Assembly: GCA_039621445.1 (NCBI GenBank)
Contig: CP154954.1
Location: 27,516,123-27,580,122, forward strand
DNA from: Euglena gracilis
Taxonomy: Eukaryota
Direction of reading: 5' to 3'
Length of the DNA stretch: 64,000 nt
Positions 35,996 through 47,729 of this stretch are shown one piece after another (positions within the stretch are counted from its first letter, which is position 1; every line of letters starts with the position of its first letter). Both the position numbers and the translations under genes were made by a program. The notes below the pieces were generated by a model, which was not told the origin of the DNA, searched no databases, and saw nothing but the letters and a program-made list of their open reading frames with translations.

Positions 35996-38900
35996 TACAT
36001 ATATTGATTTTTTTTTCCTCACTTCCAAAGTGAATGCCTTTTTTTTTTTTTTTTTTCCCTTCCCATCTCAAAATGACGTTGGAAGATGGTTAACCCAAGG
36101 GAATGTGTATGACCATCTTCATTTACGTATGTTTGGGCTTGCCAAATCTTGAAAAGGAAAACATAAGAGGATGTCTTTCTCCATTTTCTATGTCCAGCTT
36201 GCTTATTTTTTATTTTATCTTATATTGGTTTTCTTATTTTATATTTTTTTTTATTTTCTTTCCCCATTCGTGTTTTCTCTGTCCATTCCCTTTCCCCATC
36301 GGAGCATTCACATGTGTTGCAGCCACTGTTCACACGTTTATGTTTCGGCATCTTCACAGTTCTTCCCGACAGCTTGATGGCCCACTTCACGGCATTGTCG
36401 CTGGAGGAGCAAGCCTTGGCGGCTTCCCCAAAGACCGCCTTCCCGATTATGTCAGTGGGGAAAGCACCGGACACCAACGAAGTAGTGGTGTCAGCTCGCA
36501 TCTATTCCTCAAAAAAGGAAGTGCACCGTATTCCAGCTTCATCGGGACCATGCCTCTCCTCAGTAAATGACCTCTGCATTGGCCCTCCCTCTCCATTTCA
36601 CTCAGAAACACACTCTATCTCATATTCATATTCACACTCACACATGCGCGCCTCTCCATCTCTCTCTCTATCTCTTATCTCTTCTTCTGGTTTCCATGTG
36701 TTCTCCCGCTTTTTTTTTTTTTTGCATTTTTTAGTAGGGACTCACTCCACGGTTGGGCACAAAAAAAAAACCCCAAAAAAATCCCTCCGACGTTGTGCAA
36801 TAAGTTTTTTTGGGGGGGTTGTTGTTGTTGTTGTTGTGTTATTTAACAAATGATAAATTATTATTTATTGTAATAATAATAATAATATTATTATTATATA
36901 TAATAACAATAATATTTTATAATATAATTATAATAATATCATTATATTACAATATTTATATACATTTTTTATATAATGTTTTTTTGTTATATATTATTTA
37001 TATATTATTATTATTAGATATATTAGGTTATTATTAATTTTAAATATAATAATAATTACAGGTTTCCGCAGGGGCTGTTTCCCCCCCCTTGATATGTCGA
37101 CAGAAGGGAACCCTGCCCCCTGGTAAGGCAACCATCTACAAGTGGCTCTCACCAGCATGATGACCAACACACCCTGCTAGATGAAAAAGTTATGAGCTGT
37201 GCTCACGAGGTAGACCGGAATGATTTTCTTTTTCCTCCCCGCTGAGAGTTGATGTATGGGCCGATTACTTAGCTCTTCAGTCTTTGGGTGCCCATGATCA
37301 CTGGCGCTTTACCAGCAACCAGCATGGCCACTCTCCGTAAGGGGTTTGCCAGCTCTGGGAGTGGAAGTCTTGGAGCGATGTACTTGCTATACTCCTGATG
37401 CACTACTCCAGCCAACGGTGGGATGAAGAGAAAAAACTGGTTTTTCAGGCTGAGGTTTGCTGATGAGTCTCCCGACGTCGAAAGTGGCCAATACACATGT
37501 TTGCCTGAGTTACCATTGTTCTGTTTTATTCCCTCCCCCCCCTAAGCTTGAATGTATTTCGTACATAGGTTATGTATGTAGTGTGGGATTGTTTTTGTTT
37601 TGTTATCTTGTTTGCTTGTATGTTCCCCGTTTTTTCCCCTTGAGGACAACAAAAGCCATCCCATTTCCAAAAAAAAACCGGAAACCAAACGAGCTTGTCC
37701 AATCGCATTTCTGGTCTCCCACAAATTTCTTTTTCCAATGTTTTGTGTTGTCTCTCAACACAAGGTGAGCTTCATATACAATAATAATTAGTTGTTGTTC
37801 TTTTTCCATCAATGCATATATAAAATTTATTGTTACTAGCAGTATCATTAGGTTTAGTATTATCTTTGTATTCCTCATACTGATTATTTATGATCGTATT
37901 TGCAGTTTTTATTCTACAGTTCTTCAACACCACACAGTTACATATTTTGAGCTCAATCTAGATTGTGTCAATCTAGAGAGTTTTTCTCTGCCTGCATCCT
38001 CCTCTTTCTGGTTTTCTTTTCCTTTTTTCTTTGTTTTTTTTTTTTTTCAACGAATGAAGTTTTCGATGGGTTTAGTCAAACATTTGGCAAAAATACCTGC
38101 TGAATCTGCCCCATGAACAATTTATGAAACTGATTTTGAATGACAGTGGCAAGGAGAAAGAGAAAGACAAAGATCGACCGAAGACCAAACTTTTGATGCT
38201 GATCATATGGTATGCGGTGTACAGTTGGGTATCCAGATCATTGAACAAGCAACCGGTGTATGGGTTGAAGATCTCTGAAGATGAGAGTGTTCCAGATTCT
38301 CCTTTGAGCCCTGAGGATTGGGCCAAGCTCGTCAAGGCTGTGGTTCAGCAAGTCAAGGCTCCGCCAGATTGTCCAGGGGTGCTCTCTCATTTTTTGGTTG
38401 GAAGGGTTCGTTTGATTATTGTTTTAGTTTTTTTTAAAAAAAAGAAAAACCAAATCGATTTTTTTTTTATTGCCTGCGTTGTTTCAGCAAAAACCTGACA
38501 CTAGGGGGGTCCCCCCCTACTTCCCATACCTTCTCCTCTTTTCCCGAGCATTTAATTGGGGACTCAACGACCAGATTGATTCAGGTGGTGGGTGCCTCAG
38601 GTTGTGTTTGCCATAAAATGTTTTTTTCCCCGTGATCAGAGAGAATATGTCTGTTCCTGGGAGAAGGTGATGAAGCCGCAAGATAGATCATCCATTTCTG
38701 CGGTGGCTTCGGGTTCCTCTTGGCGGTCGCTTCTGCTTCCCTCGAGTCCCGCTCTGTCTAGTTCTTGTCTTGTTTTTTGCGTTTTTTTGGTCACACTCTA
38801 ATGTTTGATACAGTTATGTTGTGGTGGTGGGAACCATTAAGTTTATCACGTTTGTCTGCTGAGAGGAAAAGCATACCAAAACACAAGAAGTAATGAAGAT

Positions 38901-41900
38901 GAGAGCCACTTATAGGTGTAAAATAGCAAAGAGCTTGTCTACAGACTTGCCCCTTTGCTAGAGTTGCTAGAGATGGCTAGAGAGTTACTGGAATTTGCAT
39001 GTTTTTGTTTATTCTTTCTACTCTATGAGTGCATTCGGTTTGCCATCGTTTAGTAGGATTATTGTGGGGGTACTGCACTTTTTCTTTTTGGGAGCTTGAC
39101 AGCATTTGGCATTCAAGTTTCATGTGTGTCCACTATGGACACAATTTTAGAGGAGGTCTTGTTTTTACCTGACATCATTGTACCTCAAGCCAGTGCGGCA
39201 TTGAGAGAGCTTCTCATCGAACATCAAGCCGGATCCTCGAACCTGCGCGCTCTTGATGGCATCCGCCTTCCGCAACAACTTCAGATCGCGCTTCGACAAG
39301 TGTGGTCCAAGGTCACCACCAGCCAACGTTTGGCGCTGCTTGGTCCATACAATTTTGTTCTTCTTCTATCGGTTTATTTTCTTTTATTATTTATTTTTGT
39401 TTCCCTTTTTGTTATCTTTTAAAGGACATAATCCCCGTATCATCTCTGTTTCATGAAAGTGTGGTTGTTGCAGAGCCAGTGAATTTATCCCAACATACGG
39501 TTCATCAAATATTGATCAGGTCTCTTTCGGGGGGGGGCACACATATACCCGGACTGCCCATTGTCTTTTTTTTTTAATTATTCATTGTGGAAGTGAGGAT
39601 AGTTAGCACAGTTGTGCAGTGGAATCAATGCAAAGGCTGAATGTTGGAACTCTTATGGTTTCAAGACATACCGATTAAGCATGGGATTCAAAACAAAATG
39701 GCATGTTATGGACCCCTGCAGGAATGGAGCACGGCATGTACGCAACTGGCCCCAGTGGGGGTGTCCTCTCAAGACCAACAGGCCGTGCTCAAGTCCCTCC
39801 AAGGCTATCTGGCACAATTATCTCATTCCACCAATTTCATCAACCTGGTGTACTCCATTTTATTTGCGGCTCCGTCGTTCAGATTTCTTCGGATTCTTCT
39901 GTTAAAAATTTATCACTTGCAAGTTTTATTATATGGCATCCAAAAACAAAACCCAAGAAAGGTATTTTGCGGTTTTGCTTTTGGGAAGGGCAGGATACAA
40001 TAATTGAGTGTGTAAAGTAAAGTAGTCGAGGTGGTGCAGGTTGAGCTTTTAAGAAAATATTTTTCGTTTTTTACCGTTAATAGGCTGTTTGAAAAAGAAA
40101 ATATTTTTCGTGTTTTACCGTTAATAGGCTGTTTGAATCCTTTCCTTTGCCACCTTACAAAGGTTTGTCGGTCCAGAGTGGGTGTAGTTTAGGGTCAAGG
40201 GCAGTGTGATGATCATTTATTTGGTTTTTTTTTGTATATTGGTTTTCTTTTGTTTGTTTCTTTTTTTTTTTCTATTGGGTTGTTGGTTTTGTTTTTTTGT
40301 TCCTGTGGCAACCTGGTTCCCAACATGGGACCTCGGTGGGCTGCACTCTGTTGTTGATCTTCCGACGCTTCGGGCTGCTTTACTGGGCCTGGTCAGAGGG
40401 ATTTCCTCAAAAACCCAATTAAAAGCCTTCCAAAGGCTTGTGGAGGAGCATCTTAGGAAGCAACTTCCCTCTACGTCTGCAGACCACAGCGTTCAGGCTT
40501 TATGTTAGGTCAATTTTAAGTTTCTGTTTGTTTGTTGTGTTTTCCCCCTCCCCCCCCATTTACGTTGTTCTTATTTTCTATTGTTTTCGTTGGAGGATAA
40601 AAGGAATGAATGGGTCATATTCTTATGTGCTCATTCGCAATTTTTTGTGGTTATTGTTGGTTTTTTTTTGTTTCATTTTGATTCTTGTTTTCCCCCTCCT
40701 AATTTATTATAATGGAGCCTGCTGAAGACCTGGATTGGTTTCTGCAAGGTGAGCCCACAACCCCTGTCCCATCTGCCCCATCCTCCTCGACTCTCACGGG
40801 AGCTACAGAGGGTCCTCGTGTTGCTCCCACCGAAGGACAGGAGCGTCCCAAGCCCTCATGGACCGTCAGACCGCTGGAAGAGCAGCAGGGCTCCGTGGTC
40901 CGTGTTTTGAATTTATCTCGTCAGTTCAGTCCCATGGCGTACACAGAAGCTTTGAGGGAGGTTTTGGATTCTATGGATGTGGTCACACCAATGAACGTTG
41001 ATCGTGGTTTTTGTCACGTCACGATTCCATGTTATAAATATCGTGAGTTATTTCGGACTTCGGACATGGCGGAAGTGAAGTTGGCTTCTGGGTTATCTTT
41101 CAGAATCCGTGGGCGCACTCCAGAAGGGGAACCTTACATCGATTTTCGGAGTTCCGCCGCGAAAAGACCCAGGATCGAGGCCGGATCCCGTCCAATTCTC
41201 TCGCCCACTTCGTCAACACCAGTACTAGCACGTGTTGGTGTGCATCCCATCCCGAGTCCCCCTCCGACTCCGCCGTCATTCTCACGTTCCACGGTTGACT
41301 CTTTCGCGAGTTCGCCTTTCGCCAAATTACCAGCCTCTTTGGATGATATCATGCCGGTTTTCACACATTATGCTCCTGATGTTGGTCGTTTCTACAATTG
41401 GTTGTGGATCCCTCCTCTTCCTCCGGCAGCCTACATCCCCCAGGATTTCCTTCGTCTTTTTGGCCCCGCCATAATCAGCACAAATAATCAGGTCAAAGTT
41501 GATTTCCTCAAAGAAATAGTGCAGAGATTGGATTGTGTGGACAACCATGGTTTCTATTTTGAAAAGACATGCGATGCCAAGGGATGTTGGAATTGCGGGT
41601 CTGTTTTTTTCGGCTGATAGTTTGTGTCCGGGCTGTTTGAGTATTTTGTTTTTCTATATTCCGTGCGACACACAAACAACATCCTTAATTGGGTGATGTG
41701 GATGGGTCGGATGCTTTGAAATTCATCCTCAAAGGGCTGCAACAGATCTCAGCCACTTGGTCCACCATGTTGTCGTCGGTGGCGAGCAAATGGGCTAAAG
41801 TTCTCCTTAGCAGGCCTCGCCTTCTGTCGACGGGTGGGGTCTACGTGTCCCCTCCTATCATCAATGATGATGCCTTTTTGGTGTTCTTTTCGATTCCCAA

Positions 41901-44900
41901 GGTTATGCCTCCTCCTCCCAATTTTCCCATCCCTCCCCTGATCAATGAGGAAGTGCGGTGCATATACTCTTCTTTGTGCTCACAATGTGGAAGGCCCAAG
42001 GCAGAAAACATCAAAATTCTGACAAACACACTGCCTTTTTTTGTCAAGAGTGCGTTGTGCATCCGTTTGGATAAGGGACAAACTTCTGCCAACAAAGTTT
42101 TTGCTCAACAGTCTCGTTGGAATCCTTATGGTCTTCCCCTGGAATTTGTGTTACCAGTCACTCCTCGTTTTTTGTTTGACTGCACCCCGGAACAGCCACC
42201 GCACCATGATCTAAGGTTTTGGGTGAAGGAATTGGATGCAAAACTGCCCCCGCTTGTTGATGTCACCAATACTCGAAATCCTGGTTGTTGGAGGATCATG
42301 GATTTGAATTGTGGGGGTGGTTCCTCGCTACCTGCGGTTTGTGATTTGATGTCACTTTTGGATCCAGACTTCATTTTTCTTCAGGAATTGTGGGAGACCG
42401 ACCCTCGGGACGAGATTGCTTTTCGCCGATATGTTATATTCCTCAGTGCATTCCGTGATCGTGGTCAAGGCTTGTGTATTATGGTGCATCGAAGAGTGTT
42501 GTGTCCCAATTCTGCATCGCGATCCTCCCCTATGATTCTCCATGATTGTAGATCTTGGTTAGCTCTGGGGTTTCACGTGGGTTCTTCATCTTTCCTTTTG
42601 ATCAATGTGCATCTTGACCCTTCTTTCAACATGAAACAAAAGGTGGAGGAAATGCATTTGATGGGTACTTTGATTCATAAGTCCAAAGCAGGCTGTCTGG
42701 TGGCGGGTGATTTCAACATACACCGGACAGCACATACGTTGATGGAACACTCCACACGTGCTTTCGGTGTCCCGGGTTTGAGGATACCGTATCCTATGGG
42801 GCTCCACACAAATCACACACGAGCAGGTAATCGGCTTTCCGACACAGAGATTGATTATATATATGCGAGTGATTTTTTCCCCCTCAAGTGGCATGGCCTA
42901 ATTCCGGGTCCGTCTTCCCATGATTGTGTGGTTAACGACCTCATTATACCACATGTTTTTTCTAATTCTCCTTCCTGGAAGAGGTATCAGTTTGCTAATG
43001 TCCCCGCTTCAAAAATTCAACAGGTGGCAATACTTTTGTCATTTTTCTGGTTTTGGTTGCGTGGTCAAGGTGCACATCCCAATTTGTGGCTCCGTGTTTA
43101 CTGGTTTTTGGCTGATAGAGTTTTTGCTCCCTATGATCAACACTCCTCGGCTAAGTCTCTCATACAATTGGGGTTGGCATGTGCCGACCGCCGCTCGAGT
43201 GATCTTCTCATGCAATGGCGGAGCAAATGTGTGGAGCATCGTTTTTTGGCTGGTTTGCAACTCAGCCATGAAGTCGCTTTGCAAATCAGCCCAACCTCCT
43301 TAACAACAAAATTGATCAACACATGTTCCAAAAAGCCGGGGCCGTATCCCAAATTAGCTTCTGGCCGGGGGGAGGATGGGCAAACTGGCAAGACTTCGGA
43401 AGAGGAAATCATCAGTCAATTTAAAATGTATCATGCCAATCGGGGTTTATCCATGAATGTGGGTCATTTGTATGCAGACCTTGATGTGGTATCAAATCTT
43501 CCACAGGATGATCCCTCTTTCTTTCATCTATTTGAGGCCCGCCGTGAAGGGTTATGGAACAATGATCTCATGAGTCGGCGCCTGCATCTTTTTGCTCGGC
43601 CAATGCGACGCTTTGATTCCATCCGAGGCATCACAGAGTCTCTGCGTTGCGGAGGTTCCAATGCCACTTCATTGGATTCGCTCCCCATGGCAGTTCTACA
43701 GCACTTTACCTTGGCAGGCATGGTGGCTTTGAGCCATTATGTGTTTCTTCTACGGGGTCTCCCAAAGGCTCTGAGCAATGAAGTCATTCAATTGGCCATT
43801 CCCAAGGGTGGTCCACAACATTTGTTCACTTCCTATCGGCCCATCAAACTCGGATCCGCCATAAACCGTGTGGAGGCTGGGTCAGTTCATTTAGAGGCAA
43901 GTTTTCGCGCTGAAATGGATGGTTCTTTCACATCCAACCTCTACTCTTATCGGAAGGAAGTGACTCCTTTTATGCTTGCCTTTGCATTAAGGTCCACAAT
44001 TTTGCTGTGTTTGAAGGAAACATCAGAGGCCCACATTTTGGATGGTGATGAATCGGGAGCTTTTGATACTCCTGTTCGGGAGGATTTGGCATTGTTGGAT
44101 CATATGTGGAAAGGCCAATGTGCTTTTGGTAGTTGGGCTCATCGATTTTACGCCACCCAGAGAATTCGCCTTCTAACACATGAGGGTTTGACACAACCGA
44201 TGAAGACAGGGGATGGCCTGTCACAAGGTTGCAAATTTGCCCCGACCGCTTACAACCTAATTGGCGTTGGGAGGAACATAACCTTCATGAAATCATTTCA
44301 AAGTACGTTGTGTCACAACGGCTTACCCCTATGTGAATTTATCTATAGTGACGATCGCCGATGGGTCAGCCCCTGTGCGAATGATTTGGCTATTGCGGCA
44401 CGAGTTGCGAATGCTATCTCACAGGAAGCGTGTGCAATCAATAACTTGCAAAAATTGAAGTATGTTGCTTTGAAACGTGTGCTGATGGTTCCATTTGTAC
44501 TTTTCGATCCGAAGTTGCCATCAATGATCAGTGGGTGCAGTCTGTGTGTGAAGTTCCTTTGATGGTGGGGTTATCAATGCAACCTGGTGCTATAAATCCT
44601 TCCCTACTCCCCAGAATCAAAATTCGCTTACAAAAATTGCGGCAATTCATAAAGAAGTTGAATCCAAATTTCCTGTTGACTTTACGTTGTACAATAGCGT
44701 ATGCGATATCAATACTGGATTATTCCTCCCGGGGCTGTTTTGTTACATCATCAATTTTGATGAAAGTACAACCTTTCCTTAATCAAGTAATACGTGCATG
44801 CCTTTCCTTCCCCCCAGACACCCCCATTTCACTGATGACTCTCCCCATAGCACATTTTGGTTGGGGCTTTCCAAATGTGACTCATCGAGCCCGACTCCAA

Positions 44901-47697
44901 TTTATTTTGGGTTACTTCGAAGCAATCGATGGTAGGAACAATTTGTGTAGATTCGTGATGCGTCAATCTAGGGATGACTCCGGTGTGCAGAGTGACTATG
45001 CTTTGATTCGTTCTTTATTTACCCAATATGATCTCTCCGAGGTTGTTCCAGCCTCATTTTTTTCCCCATGCCTACCCAGCCTTTGCCTTTCACTTCAGCA
45101 TGCCTCCGTACTATATATCACAACGGATGCTTCGCTAGTCTCTCTGCAGGATGGTGTGTTCGATCTTCAACGAGCGGGTTTGGGTGTTGTCATCACGGAT
45201 GGCATTGTTTATCAAGAGATCTCGTGGGGGTTCTGTTCTGTGGCAGCTTGTTCCACTGATCTGGAATGGATGGGGAAGCTTTTGGCAGTTTGGCTGGTGC
45301 GCTTCTTCCGGGGCAAGATAGTACTGTTGTGGTGTGACAACTCATCCGTACAACTTTGCAACTTCACACAATGGGTGAAAGTCTCTCCTTGGGTGGACCG
45401 TTGGGCAAAGATGATTTTGGGTTTGCCGGTTTGGGATCATATCACGGAGGGGTGGCTTCAGGCGGAACACGATTCACTCTCTCAAGGATTGGCATGTTCG
45501 TGGCAGAAACGGGCAGATTATTTGGCTGGTTGGGGCTCAACTCATGTGGAATCGGCTGGTTTCCCTTTGGCTGATATGCTCTCTTCTCTGGAGGACCCCC
45601 CCTTTCCTTTGTTTTGGATGGAAGGCTTGATCGTTTCCTTGAAGAGATTTGTGACCAAGCTCTACGAACTGTGCACTTTCCGTGATTCAGTCGCTTTCGC
45701 CACCCTGAATGCTGGTGCCTTTTGTCGTCTGACTTGGAAAAAGTTGGTTTTATCAAGTGATGTTCCATTGGTCATGCACAAAGTGGCAGCCTACCTGCGT
45801 GCTGTGCCCTTTTTGTCTCGGAGTGCTCATTACAATGTGGAATGTCGGTTTTGTCATGCCGAGGTCGGTTTTTTGCCCAGGCACATTGTTGGATGTGTGG
45901 GATTGTATGAAGTATTGATCAAGGCTTTCTCGGAGGTCCTGCAAACAGTATCAACAGGTTCACTGGGTTCAATACTGGAAAGGTCGGACTTGGCTGCGGT
46001 TCTGCAATCTCAAAATGAGAGGTGGGTCATTGCACTTCTTCCTGAAGAAAACGTCGTCCGTGTGCGTCATTTTTTTGAGCAAAAAGGTTTCCTTTTGCTG
46101 TGTGTTACATGGTCGGGCCTCATCAGTGTACCACATCGATTGAGTATGCTTTTCTCCACAAGTGTTCGTTTGGAATTGTGTGCCATAGTATTACGGACAT
46201 TATCAGCTGCCCCACGAGGATTCTTCACAACATCAGATATCGACATTCCACCGCACACCAATTTTCGGGGTTTGGTGGGTTGGTCAAGCAACGACGCACG
46301 TGGGTGCCAACCGTCTTTCCGGGTCCAACGAAGGCTCGCATGGATCTTGCACAATTTGGAGGGTGGTCGTTTGTGTTCTTCTCGTTCCTTGTCGGTATAC
46401 CTCCCCCCCCGATGTTTGCATCCACCTGACCTATTTGATGTAAGGGTTTTTGCTTGTGATGTTAACCATTGTTTTGTCATCTCTAACCATCCTGGGAGAG
46501 GCCCTGCATGCGTGCTGTGTGATTGCCACATAACAGCTCCCTCGTATTGGCATCTCCATCGCTCCTATTCCGAAGGTGCGCTGTACATCTCAGCAGACTT
46601 CTGCTCATCGCCCCTCTAACCTCCAACACAACGCTTCGATCAGGGTGCTCCACTTCATGTGTTCTTGTGTATGTCTGTAGCTCATGTATCCTCTTCCCCC
46701 CCTATTCATCTACCATCGCTATGTCAAGCACCAAGGGCATGCGCACTTGCTCATTAACCTCTGCCATGGTGTGCTATACACACTGCGATGTACCGTACGG
46801 CGATGTACCCTCTGCAATGCGATTTTATGGATTGCATCGTTTTGGTTGGTGCTGCCCTCTTTCCACCCTGGTTCGACGTGAGTGGTTGTGATGTTTGGGT
46901 TGACTCTTTTCGCTCTCATTTGGTAGGGCTGTGTTTGGGCTCGAGTTGTTTGTGCTGCCCCCTTCCCGCTCTCGTCCGGTAGGGCTGAGCGTGTGCTTGT
47001 TTCGTTCGTGCTGCCCCCTTCCCGCTCTCGTCCGGTAGGGCTGAGCGTGTGCTGGTGTTGTTCGTGCTGCCTCCTTCCCGCTCTCGTCCGGTAGGGCTGA
47101 GCGTGTGCTTGTGTTGTTCGTGCTGCCCCCTTCCCGCTCTCGTCCGGTAGGGCTGAGCGTGTGCTTGTGTTGTTCGTGCTGCCCCCTTCCCGCTCTCGTC
47201 CGGTAGGGCTGAGCGTGTGCTTGTGTTGTTCGTGCTGCCCCCTTCCCGCTCTCGTCCGGTAGGGCTGAGCGTGTGCTGGTGTTGTTCGTGCTGCCTCCTT
47301 CCTGCTCTCGTCCGGTAGGGCCGAGCGTGTGCTTGTGTTGTTCGTGCTGCCCCCTTCCCGCTCTCGTTCGGTAGGGCTGAATTGTTATTTTATTTTATTT
47401 TAATTTAATTTATTTTTCATTTTCCTTCCTTCCCGCAATAAATGCTAAATAAGCCCCTTTCGCGTTGCCTGTACTCGCCCAGGCTCACCAAACCAAACCA
47501 AAAAAAAAACCCTTGCCCTTGCCCTTGCCCTCCCCCTTGCTTTCCCCCTGTCTCTCCTTCCCCTTCTGGGGCTCCGGCTTCCGGTACCCGGGGGTGATCT
47601 CCTCGATGGTGTCCTCCTCCTCTTCCTCTTCTCCCTGCTGCACTGGTGGGACTGCGGGAGCTTCGCTGGCGACTGCAGAGGAGGTGTCCGAGCTGTC

Positions 47698-47729
<32 letters not shown>

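Larger units (their letters stand above)
35574..47450 (+). mobile_element. Non-LTR retrotransposon (~11.9 kb; APE-RT-RNase H, I/Ingi-like architecture); boundaries inferred
   Basis: AT/T-rich block interrupting a GC-rich minus-strand gene; junctions share 'aag' (gagAAG|tgtcc ... ctaaat|AAGcccc); contains ORF1 and a pol-like ORF2. Confidence 0.7.

Noticed and set aside
38371-38502. Candidate non-conventional intron gtcCAGG..CCTGacact
   Set aside because: Removal creates an immediate in-frame TAG; junction not supported.
40055-40137. ~43-bp direct duplication
   Set aside because: Local duplication within a spacer/intron; no evidence of function or LTR structure.
41615-41688. Intron fusing ORF1 to ORF2 (TTTGTGT/ACACAAA pairing)
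   Set aside because: The predicted join is out of frame and upstream of an in-frame TAA.
46952-47380. 56-bp repeat as CRISPR array or hammerhead ribozyme
   Set aside because: Head-to-tail with no spacers; no CUGANGA/GAAA core on either strand.
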